Shown here one piece after another: positions 42,461-64,000 of a stretch of DNA of 64,000 nucleotides. How positions within the stretch are numbered: the first letter of the stretch is position 1; each line of letters opens with the position of its first letter. Both the position numbers and the translations under genes were made by a program. Source of the DNA: Felis catus (taxonomy: Eukaryota); assembly GCF_018350175.1 (NCBI RefSeq), contig NC_058368.1, positions 129,768,001 to 129,832,000 of the forward strand. The letters are read 5' to 3'. Under the pieces are notes generated by a model. It saw nothing but the letters and a program-made list of their open reading frames with translations. It was not told where the DNA came from and ran no database searches.

Positions 42461-43915
42461 TTAGAGATAATTTACTTCAGAACAATCACCTTTGTTTTGG
42501 AAGGGACTCAGGTTTTCTTGCAGTTGTAAGATAACGTTCTATTTGTGTTTATTTCAAAGAGAAGAGAAAGAATGGAGCAGTTACTGTGGACCTTGCAGCA
42601 GCTGCTTAAAAAGGTAGTTTTTGAGGCTAACCAACCTTCAGAGGACAATAGAGATGTGAACTTGCTCATTTTAAAGCACAGCAGATTCATCTTAATTTAT
42701 TAATTAAGTACGATGGGTACTATCTCTGGAAGGTCTCCTTATGTTCAAATATGTTGCCTTATACTATAATGGCTTCATTCTGATAAGTGATCAAGGTCTA
42801 TAGAAAATTGATACCAGAAAAGATGTTGGTGGTTATAATCCAATCCTTCAGTTTTACAGATAGGGAAAACTGAAGGTCAGAAAAGGGACTAAAAGTCAGT
42901 TCATGAGGGAAGAGGAAATAAGAGGGAAAGCTGAATTAATTCTTAAAATTTTCCTATAAGGATAGAGATGGTACAAATGAATTTTGCAAAGTAAGTAGTT
43001 TTGTGGTCATAAAAAAACCCTGCTCTTGAGGTATATTTAATATTTATGTAACACAAGTGGCTTGATGCAGTATTAAAGAAAAATTTTTTGGATCTGGATT
43101 AAACATTCTTGACTTTCTCAGACTTCTTGAAAGCTGATATTCCTATTAAAAAGTATTTATATAGGAATGTTTTACTATATCACTCTGAATCCAGATTTCC
43201 AAAAAAATCTGTTGAGGCAAACAACTTCCCTTCTAGGTTTACTCAGTGTACCGTTGTTAAAATAATTTGGAAGCAATCTTTCTATTAAGTTAGGTTTTTA
43301 AAAAGCCAATTATTAAGATATTTTTGTTAATTTCCTCATATAAATTATCAGCTACTGTAATTATTACAGGACATTAATAATGATTTAAACATAGTAGCTA
43401 ATTAAGACTTGTTTATGGTATCTATTAAAATTCTCATCCTGACATTTTAAAACTTAAAAACATTTTAAAAATAGCTTAGAACAGTATGTGAAAAGGTACT
43501 GGAACTTTTAATTTTCCGTAAGTCATGTGAACACTGGGAGCCTGTAGTTCTGGGAAAATGGCTGGTTAAGATTTTTTTTAAGTAAGTTGAAGGGCGGAAT
43601 TTTAACCTCATAGCCAGTTTTGATTTACAAAACCCTTTAGAATTTCGTTAAACCAGTGGCTTTCCCCAAGAAAAAAACCATACTATCTTATAGTTGATTT
43701 CATCCTAGTTGAGCGTCCTGTTATCACAGTTGAGGAAATCATGCCTAGAAGTAATGTGCCCGGCACCACCACACGGTGGCAGTAGCAGACTCATGCTTAT
43801 CCAGAACTGTGAAGTAGCTTATGATGCTATAGGACAGCTTAAAGGTGTGGGCAGAGATAGAAGGTGTATAAGATGAACAGAAAAAAATGAGAGAAGCAAA
43901 GTAAGAAACAAGTGT

Positions 43916-43921
43916 TTTATT
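43916..43921 (-). terminator. DIMT1 polyadenylation signal (AATAAA on - strand)
   Basis: TTTATT on +, about 490 nt past the DIMT1 stop. On the - strand it is followed by a strong U-rich element (ttgtttcttactttgcttctctcattttttt). Confidence 0.65.
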
Positions 43922-44410
43922 GTGCACATGAATAAAAAGAAATCGCACAGGGAATATGTAACTTGAGTTAAGCATATTTTAACTGACTGTTTGAGGGACA
44001 AAGGCCTACAGAGGCCCTCATGGTAATATATAACATAGAAAATAGAAGAGTAACATCTTTATACAATAAACTGTTAGAAATAAGTTTAAGTGTAAAGTTG
44101 TGCGTGCCTGCGGCTCTTAAAGATTACCGTGTAGAGACTGGACCCTGCCCTATGTTAAATATTAAAAACACCAAAACCAAAAAAAACAAAAAAACAAAAA
44201 AAAAAAACCAAAAAAAAAAACTTGGGTACTTAGAATTGACTTACTACCATAAAATTTCAGAGTAATAAATGGTGACAGTGGTAGTATTAAATCAAAACTA
44301 GTCAAGCACATAGTGTTCCAGTGGAGCAAAAGCATAGTTTATCTTCTCTGTTAGAAATGTATAATTGCGGTTTCTTTTTCTTGGGCTTGAAAATTCTCTT
44401 TTCCAGATAC

Positions 44411-55475
<11,065 letters not shown>

Positions 55476-56800
55476 CACCACGGGCGCGGACCTACAGGCC
55501 TTGGAGATCAGAGAGCACCAAAGCCGGCTACCCCGCACTACACGTGGGAACTTGCCACCCCAGGAGTGCCTGCACCACTCCCCGCCACGTGGGGGATGGG
55601 GTAGGGCCCGGCCCCTGTTCGCCCTGGGCCCCGCCCCCAGAAAGGGGAACGACCTTGAGCCCAGTGGTCGCCGGGAATTGTAGTCATGAGCAGGCGGAAA
55701 TCCTAAACTCGAGAAACTACAGATCCCAGAAGACACCGCGCCGCCTATTCTGGCAGTTAGGATTGGCTAGTTTAGAATCGAAGCGGGTCTCTCGCCTAAC
55801 TGCTTGGAGTTGGTCAAGTAAGTTTTGGGGTGGTGATCTCCCCGTTGTGGAGGAGGTTTAAATTACGCGAGGCCTTTAGGATTGTGGATGTTTCCCTCAA
55901 GCCAGGTCCTGGATCGCTGAAATCCAAAAAAGGTGTCTTTTCCGTCATGCGCCTCCCTCCTGTTTCCCAGCAAATTCTGGGGTGGGAAACCTAAGATCTC
56001 GACATAAGGAGCTTGCTCTTGGGGCGAGCGAGTTCGCCTCTTGGGTTGTGGAGAGGAGCTCCGACAATGTTAACAAAGTTGCTTTGCTTCCTTTTTGTGC
56101 CATTCATTAATTACCTAAATGTTTATCGGGCGCCAACTATTAAACTCTACTGGGTGCTGGAGATTCAAAGTTTATACAGGAAACCGCTCTTCTCAGTCTA
56201 TTCTATTGGGAGCGAGAGGCAGAAAGTCCGAAACGCTGTAAATGTAGTAAGTATGGATTGAGTATTGTTGTAGTACAGTGTATCTGACTGTAGGCTCCCT
56301 GCGTACAAGATCCACATCTGTTTGGCCACGTTTTTTATTTTTTTGTGTGTACTCTATTTTCTTGATGAAACGGTTTGAATTACCAGCGCTGCCTCTTTCT
56401 TGCTAAATTAACACGTGTGCGTTCCCCAGCGTTGGCCTCTCTTTGCTGTTATTCTAATTCAGTAAAAAACTAATAACCTTAGTAGCATCTTCAACTACTT
56501 ATGACATTTCACTAATCATTAATTTATTACACAATTCTGGAGAATCTACATTATTCCAGGTACTGCGTCAACTATTAGGAATAAAAAGCGACGTGATCTC
56601 TGCTTTTAGGGAACCTTCTGTCAAGAGAGGGAGACATGAAAGTTATTACAATAATAACACCATTTGGTGTTCAATTACATGCCAGATATTTTGGGTACAT
56701 TATTTCATTTAATCTTTTCAAACAAGTCTCTGGAATAGGTCTTAGCATTATATCCATTTTACAGATGAGGGCGCTGAAGGATAAAAATGTTCAATATCTT

Positions 56801-57227
56801 GGGGCGCCTGGGTGGCGCAGTCGGTTAAGCGTCCGACTTCAGCCTGGTCACGATCTCGCGGTCTGTGAGTTCGAGCCCCGCGTCGGGCTCTGGGCTGATG
56901 GCTCGGAGCCTGGAGCCTGTTTCCGATTCTGTGTCTCCCTCTCTCTCTGCCCCTCCCCCGTTCATGCTCTGTCCCTCTCTGTCCCAAAAATAAATAAACG
57001 TTGAAAAAAAAATTAAAAAAAAAATGTTCAATATCTTGGGGCACCTGGGTGGCCCGTCGATTAAGTGCCTGACTCTTGATTTTGGTAGGCTCAGGTCATG
57101 ATCTCAGCTGTTAATGGGATACAGCCCTGAATCCAGCTCTGCCCTGATAGTGCAGAGCCTGCTGCGGATTCTCTCTCTCTGCTCCTCTCCAACTTGTTCT
57201 AACAAGCTAAAAAAAAAAAAAAAAAAA
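56801..57227 (+). mobile_element. Young SINEC_Fc (56801-57020) head-to-tail with an older SINE (57038-57227), within a MIR
   Basis: TSD aaaatgttcaatatctt at 56784/57021; MIR flanks ccattttacagatgagg...ttgctcaagttcacacag. Confidence 0.9.
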
Positions 57228-57859
57228 GCTTACCTTTAAAAAAATTAATACCTTGCTCAAGTTCACACAGTAAATGACAGATGCATCTGCATCTGTATTC
57301 CAAAGTTTGTGTATTTGTAAAAAAAAAAAAAAAAAAGGTATGATCATAGCACAGTGAGGAACATTTTCAAAATACAATATTTGAGTGGAGTCTTGAAAGA
57401 CAAAAATTAGCCAGGGGAAATTTGGGAATTCAGAGGAAACCCTACTCACAAAGCGAAGATATAAACGAGTGTAAGGGAGAAAAAGAAACATGGTATAGCT
57501 GAGGAATTAATAGGAAACGTAAATAGGGGCTTACTGCAAATGGCCGAAAATGTTACGCCAAGGAGTATTGGTAGAATCAAAGTAACCATTTTGCATTTTC
57601 TCCTCCTCTCCGGGCTGTGAGAATTGTGGGACATCACACAGTACCATAGGTAGGAGATATTCATGGGCTCCACTTTTAGCTGGGTTTTGAACCCTGCCCA
57701 GCCAGTGCTTTTGAATTTCCTCTAATCCTCTCCCTTTCTCCGTAAAAGATCTTCAAACCTGAATTCTTCTCAGGCCCGCTTGCCTACCACCTCCCCAGTT
57801 CCCTTTCAGCAGAAGGCCCTGCCTTTTACTTCACAAAAGAAATGCAAGATCACCTCAAG

Positions 57860-58100
57860 GACATGCTCATTTTCCTGGGTTACTGTTCTGCACTCTGGGG
57901 ATACAGCCGTGAGCAAAACAAAGCAGAGCTTACCCTCTAGTGGGGGGAAAACAGACATTCTGAAGGTGGTGATGAACATGCGGGGAAAAAAGCAAGGCAG
58001 AGGAGCTAGATAAAGATCAACAGGGTAGGTGGGAGAGGTTATTTTATATAGCATGGTGGGGCGAGACTCCCATGATGGGGATAATTTGATCAGAGACCTT
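57860..58100. mobile_element. L2 fragment
   Basis: ctctggggatacagccgtgagcaaaaca...atttgatcagagacct, typical of the L2 3' region. Confidence 0.55.
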
Positions 58101-58658
58101 CGGGCACAAATCTAAAAGTGACTCACAGTACATCTCACACTCTGGCCATTTCTGCTACAACTAACTGCAGGACAGTGAGTGAGGAAAGCTTGAAGGTAGG
58201 AGATACTGTGAAGGTAACTACAATGGTATGCTAGAAAGAAAGAGGGGTGCAGGTTTTGCTAGGAGAATTCATATGGATAGGCCAGGGAGAGCTTGAAATT
58301 TTGCAGTGGGGAGATAGTTGGAAAAAAAAAGTGGTTTAGCATTAAACTCATGGGTGAGTCTGTGTCCTAGACGGAATCTCTCTTTTCATAGTTGAGGATT
58401 CTGCAAAAAGGAAGTCCCCCATTTGCTTTTACTAAAGAGTAAATAGGGTAGACCGTAAGGATGGAAAACCAAATGATAGCCAAATGCTACTTTTTTAGGC
58501 GTAAAATAGCAAGACCCTCCTAGAAGAGGCTACATCTTTTAAGCCACAGAAAACAAAGGGACGGAGGTGACGGTGGACAGTTACCTTGCCTAGAGTCTAA
58601 ATTAGTGTTTGTCTAAATATGAATCTTCGACCACCTGCATCAGAAACACTAGGGCACA

Positions 58659-59489
58659 TGTTATGGGCTGAATTGTATCCTCCCAAAATTCATACGTTAA
58701 AGCCCTAATCTCTCGTACCTCAGAATGTATCTATATTTGGAGATAGGACCTTCAAAGAGATGATCAAGCAGGAATGAGATCACTAAGTTGGGCCCTAATC
58801 CAACGACTGGTATCCTTTTAAAAGGAGGACGTTTGTATACACAGATACCAGGGTCATGTGTGCACAGAGAAAAGACCTTATGGGCACACGGAGAAGGTGG
58901 CTATCTATAAGCCAAGGAGAGAGGCCTTAGGAGAAACCAACCGTGCTGACACCTTGATCTTGGATTTCTGGCTTCCAGAACTGTGAAAAATACATTTTTG
59001 TTTTTGCAGGGAGGGAGAGAGTGCAAGGGAGGAGGAGGAGAGAGGGGGACAGAGGATCTGAAGAAGTGGGTTCCACACTGATAGGCTTATGGCATCGCCC
59101 GATGTGGAGCTTGAACTCACACCACAAGATCATGACCTGAGTTGAAGTCAGACCCTCATCCGACTGAGCCACCCAGGTGCCCCTATATTTCTATTCTTTA
59201 AGCCCCCCAACTTTTCTAGTGGTATTTTCTTTTAAATTTTTTTTTAATGTTTATTTATTTTTGAGACAGAGAAAGACAGAGCATGAACGGGGGAGGGGCA
59301 GAGAGAGAGGGAGACACAGAATTCGAAGCAGGCTCTAGGCTCTGAGCCAACAGCCCAGAGCCCGACACGGGGCTCGAACTCACGGACCGTGAGATCGTGA
59401 CCTGAGCTGAAGTTGGATGCTCAACCGCCTGAGCCACCCAGGCGCCCCTCTAGTGGTATTTTCTATGGCAGCCCAAGCAAACTAATATA
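58659..59489 (+). mobile_element. MaLR solo LTR (MLT1A/B-like) containing two - strand SINEs (about 58995-59183, 59231-59448)
   Basis: tgttatgggctgaattgtatcctcccaaaattcata...gcaaactaatata; 5-bp TSD GCACA at 58654/59490. Confidence 0.85.
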
Positions 59490-59572
59490 GCACATAATGA
59501 AAATTTACATTTCCAAGCCCCACCTTGAACATTCTGGATCAGAATAGGATTGGGCCCTGGCAAATGCATTTT

Positions 59573-59798
59573 TTTTTTTTTTAAATTTTTTTTTCAACAT
59601 TTATTTATTTTTGGGACAGAGAGAGACAGAGCATGAACAGGGGAAGGGCAGAGAGAGAGAGGGAGACACAGAATCGGAAACAGGCTCCAGGCTCTGAGCC
59701 ATCAGCCCAGAGCCCGACGCGGGGCTCGAACCCACGGACCGCAAGATCGTGACCTGGCTGAAGTCGGACGCTCAACCGACTGCGCCACCCAGGCGCCC
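59573..59798 (-). mobile_element. Young Felidae SINEC_Fc
   Basis: TSD cctggcaaatgcattttt at 59555/59799; CpGs retained. Confidence 0.92.
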
Positions 59799-60341
59799 CC
59801 TGGCAAATGCATTTTTAATAAACCCTCCAGGAAAGTCTGATGTACACCAAAGGTAAGGATTTATTGCTTTCTGCAATAAAATAAAGTATGTTGAGGAATT
59901 TCTACAGAAATGAAAGAGAATGGGGAGGGCTACCATCATAAGCACAGGGGTCCCCTTATTACATAATTACATAAATAAAATGGCCATATGACATCATCTT
60001 TTTTTTTTTCTGTTAGTTTCAAGATGGCATTCAGAAGTGAGACAAAATGGGATGCACCATGGATCCATGAATCCTAGAAAGTTGTGTGACACTGGGTTAT
60101 GACCTGCATTAAAGAAATGAGAATTGGAAATTGATGGTGGAATGTATTTGAGTTATCTTTGCAGCCACGAATGGCTTTGAATTATATAATCTTATGCTTT
60201 TCTGGTTCATGTTTATCTCCATTGTTAATTAAAAATATTTATTTTTCAATTTGGAATTGCACAATGGATTCATTGCCATTTTTATTTTATTTTATTTTGT
60301 TTTTGATATAATGTGTCATGACTGGAAAAAGAATTATAATC

Positions 60342-60536
60342 GAGGCGCCTGGGTGGCTCAATTAGTTGAGCGTCCAACCTCATCTCAGGTCATGATCTCG
60401 TGGTTTGTGAGTTCGAGCCCCACATCGGGCTCTGTGCTGACAGCTCAGCACAGATTCTGTGTCTCCCTCTCTCTCTGCCCCTCCCCTGCTTGTGCTGTGT
60501 CTCTCTCTGTCTCTCAAAAATAAATTTAAAAATGTT
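60342..60536 (+). mobile_element. Can-SINE with internal deletion
   Basis: TSD gaaaaagaattataatc at 60325/60537. Confidence 0.88.
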
Positions 60537-60718
60537 GAAAAAGAATTATAATCACAGTTGCTTTGGTAGAAGAGGCTTACTTAAATTTACCAGCATGCAT
60601 GAAATGATAACATTTTAAATGTGCCAGGGAATACAATAAGGAATAACAATAAAATGTAAGCATTTCCCTGTGTAAAATATATTTCCTTGTAGACTTTTAA
60701 TGTATTGAAAAGTCATAA

Positions 60719-60925
60719 GAGCGCCTGGGTGGCTCAGTCAGTTAAGCAGCCTACTTTGATTCAGGTCATGATCTCGCAGTTCTTGAGTTTCAGACCCACT
60801 TTGGGCTCTGTGCAGACAGTTTGGAGCCTGGAGATTCTATCTCTTTCTTTCTGTGCTCCTCCCCCACTTGCAATCTGTCTTTCTCAAAAATAATATACAT
60901 TAAAAAAAAAGTAAAAAAAGAGAAA
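60719..60925 (+). mobile_element. Can-SINE
   Basis: gcgcctgggtggctcagtcagttaag...A tail. Confidence 0.85.
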
Positions 60926-61957
60926 AGTAAAAACATTAAGAATGTTTGAATTTCACACTTTTAACACATTCATTAACATCTACTGTGTTCTTATGAAAAA
61001 GGAGTATAATTCGCTTGGACAGAAAACAAATTGAAATCTAATGATATCAATTGTTCAATTTGATTAGAACAATGAACATTATTATTATTGTGCCAATATT
61101 CAAATCTCAATGGTAAATAAAATACGACCTTACAAAGCTGGACAATTTCAAAAAAGTACCTAGTGTCTTAATTTCTACTAGGCTGTTTAAATCTTAACAG
61201 AAAAGTATAATGAAATTTGGCTGAAAGAAGTTAATATATCTTGAATATTATGGGCAAGATTCTTCTATAAACATACTCTTAATTTTTTTTCAGATCATTA
61301 TAAATGCTATCTTAAATTAAGGAAAGTAATTAAGAAACACAATTATGGTCTCTGTTTATTATCAGCAGGAGTCTAAACATTGTCACTGAATATCTAATAT
61401 CTAATAATTGTTTCTCCCCAAAGTGTCTGTCAGATAAATTTTTTCATATCATCCCCTTAAAATAGTATGTATCGTGTTGCAAAATGAAATTTTTTGAAGT
61501 TTTACAAATATAACAAAAATAAATTATTATCGTACTAAGAATTCTACTTGTGAATTATAATAGAGCCTGTTATATATTTTATTTTAAGATCTACAGTTAT
61601 ATATTTTTGTTTTCTGTTTTATGGATTTTGAAGTGCTTTTCACACAATTTAATTTTCAGTGAAACCCTGTGAAGTTTGTTAGGGCAAGCATGATTACCCT
61701 ATTTTACATAGGAAGAAACTGAGTCTCACTAAGATTAAAGGTACTTGCTTGGGGTCCTTCAGGTAGTAAACAGCAGAGGAGGAAGTGGAAGCCTGTCCCC
61801 ATCCCACAACAGGACACCTGCCTGCATCTGTGAGCTCCGTCGGTCTGTAGTTTCAGCTGAATGTGAACATTCGAGTCAATTGCTCTCATCACTTGTGGGA
61901 AAGCAGGGAAGTAAAGCATACTGAGCCATTCTAAATCCAATTTTCCTTTTTAAAAAC

Positions 61958-62153
61958 ATTTTTTTAAACGATTCGTTTTTGAGAGAGCGCAAACAGGAGA
62001 GATGCATAGAGATAGGTAGACAAAGAATCCAAAGCCGGCTCCAGGCTCTGAGCTGTCAGCACAGAGCCTGACACAGGGCTTGAACTCACGAACCATGAGA
62101 TCATGACCTGAGCCAAAGTCAGACACTTAACTGACTGAGCCACCCAGGCGCCC
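61958..62153 (-). mobile_element. Can-SINE (SINEC_Fc-like)
   Basis: Reverse body. Confidence 0.88.
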
Positions 62154-62809
62154 GAATACAATTTTACTTTTTAATAACAATCTAATATAGTTTTACATTT
62201 TTATAATTTTGTACTTTTATAATTTTACTTCAACAATCTAAATCAATTTTACTTTTTAATAACAATTTGATCTAAGATTCATGATAAACAAAATACATTG
62301 TAAACAACATAACAAAATACGTTGTAAACAAGATAACAAAACCAAAAATTTAACTTGGAAAAATCTTGGAAAATACAGACACTAGGAAGAAGATGAAAAA
62401 TTTACCTATAATCTCTCCATGCTAGGGTAAACTCTGAACATTTTGACATTCCCTGCTTTCTTCTGTTGTTTTAGCAACACGTAACATAATTGAAGTCATA
62501 CAGTTTACTGTTATTTTTTGATAAAATACAGTAACATGAAAAGCACTTTCCCAGGTTGTACAGTATTGATCACCAGTATCCAAAGCTGCTGAGGAAGATT
62601 TCCTCTTGTGAATGTGTAAGAGTTTACTAAATCATTCTCATACTATTGTTGTAAAAGAAGAGTCATGCACACTTTAGTGCATATGTGAAAAATATTTTCT
62701 GTCTTTTGATAATTTCCCTATTACAGATTTCCACGAATGGAATTATTTTGTCAAACTGTATGGACATTTAAATCTCTGGGTATATATTAACAAATTACTT
62801 TCTTCTTAT

Positions 62810-63228
62810 TATTATTTATTTGAGATAGAGTGGGTGTGAGCAGGAGAGAGGGACAGAGGAAGAGAGAGAATCTTAACCAGGCTCCATGCTCTGCACGGAG
62901 CCCAATGCGGGGTTCGATCCCACAACCCTGGGATATGACCTGAGCCAAAATCAAGAGTCAGACAGTCTTGGGGTACCTGGGTGGCTCAGTTAGTTGAGCA
63001 CCCGCCTCTTGATTTCGGTTCAGGCCATGATCTCATGGTTTGTGAGTTCAAGCCTCGCATCAGGCTCTGAGCTGACAGCATGGAGCCTGCTTGCGATTCT
63101 CTCTCCCTCTCCTCTCCCCACCCCCACATGTGTGCTCGCTCTCTCTCAATAAATAAATTAAAAAATAAATAAATAAATAAACATTAAAAAAAAGAGTTAG
63201 ACGCTCAACTGAGTCACTTAAGGGCCCC
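62810..63228. mobile_element. + strand SINE (about 62969-63190) inserted into a - strand SINE
   Basis: Duplicated aagagt(c/t)agac flanking the inner copy. Confidence 0.8.
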
Positions 63229-63359
63229 AACAAATTATTTTCTAAAACAATTGAATCAGTTTTTGTTCTTACCAGTAGGAAAAAAATGCCCATTTCACTG
63301 TAAAAAGAACTATAGGTAGAAGATGTTCTTACATTTCCTTTTCCAAACTAGAAATTTAT

Positions 63360-63780
63360 TTATTATTTTTCTTTTTTTAATTTTATTTAGATCCAAGTTA
63401 GTTAATATATAGTGTAATAATGGTTTCAGGAGTAGAATTTAGTGATTCATGACTTACCTGTAACACCCAAAGCTCATCCCAACAAGTGACTTTAACGCCC
63501 ATCACCCATTTATCCCATCCCCCCCAACACTCCTCCAGCAACCTCAGTTTGTTCTCTATAGTTAAGAATCTCTTATGGTTTGCCTCCATCTCTGTCTTTA
63601 TCTTATTTTATTTTTCCTTCCCTTCCCCTGGATGTTCATCTGTTTTGTTTCTTAAATTCCACATGTGAGTGAAATCATATGATATTTGTGACTTATATCA
63701 CTTAGCATAATACATTCTAGTTCCATCCACATTGTTGCAAATGGCAAGATCTCATTTTTTGATCGTCAAATAATATATAT
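63360..63780 (-). mobile_element. Carnivore L1 3' end (antisense)
   Basis: gtttcaggagtagaatttagtgattcat...aacctcagtttgttctctatagttaaga...gcaaatggcaagatctcatt. Confidence 0.85.
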
Positions 63781-64000
63781 ATATACACATATTTATATAT
63801 ATTCTGTGTCTCCCTCTCTGCCCCTCTTACTATCTCTTTCTCAAAATAAAAAATAAACTTAAAAAAATTAAGAAAAAGACATTTATATTGTTTCAAGTTT
63901 TTAAAAACTCGTAAAGCTGAATCTGCTACAAATATTAATATTATTACCAAGGGCAGATCAATTAGTTTTCCCAAGACTTATTTTCCTAACCTGGTTAGCA

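Noticed and set aside
56000..64000. IPO11 coding sequence expected downstream by synteny
   Set aside because: No second CpG island or importin-like exon is visible; it presumably begins beyond the window.

Overview
Mammalian genomic DNA from a carnivore, very probably a felid: it carries dozens of tRNA-derived Can-SINEs, several with the young Felidae-type SINEC_Fc sequence. The window holds two convergent multi-exon genes. KIF2A (kinesin-13 microtubule depolymerase, + strand) is present from intron 1 through coding exons 2-21 (12195-40828) and its 3' UTR. These exons total 2171 nt, which with the expected 64-nt exon 1 outside the window gives a 744-aa protein. DIMT1 (18S rRNA m6,2A dimethyltransferase, - strand) is complete: 12 exons, 55475 down to 44411, 942 nt, 313 aa. 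Its CpG-island promoter has two inverted ZNF143/THAP11-type motifs and two CACGTG E-boxes. The rest is intronic or intergenic sequence with SINEs, L1, L2, MIR, MaLR/ERVL LTRs and MER DNA transposons, often nested. I found no new prokaryote-style system, no CRISPR array and no RNA gene. The most interesting signals are at the KIF2A/DIMT1 tail-to-tail junction: a candidate antisense KIF2A alternative last exon inside DIMT1 intron 11, a plus-strand poly(A) signal embedded in the DIMT1 exon 11 acceptor region, and a near-palindromic bidirectional poly(A) cassette. Also notable are the neural splicing motifs around the KIF2A 114-nt cassette exon and a divergent splice donor at the DIMT1 promoter. 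Exon boundaries were read by hand from AG/GT sites and reading frame. Repeat boundaries and subfamily names are approximate and come from recognition, not from a RepeatMasker run.
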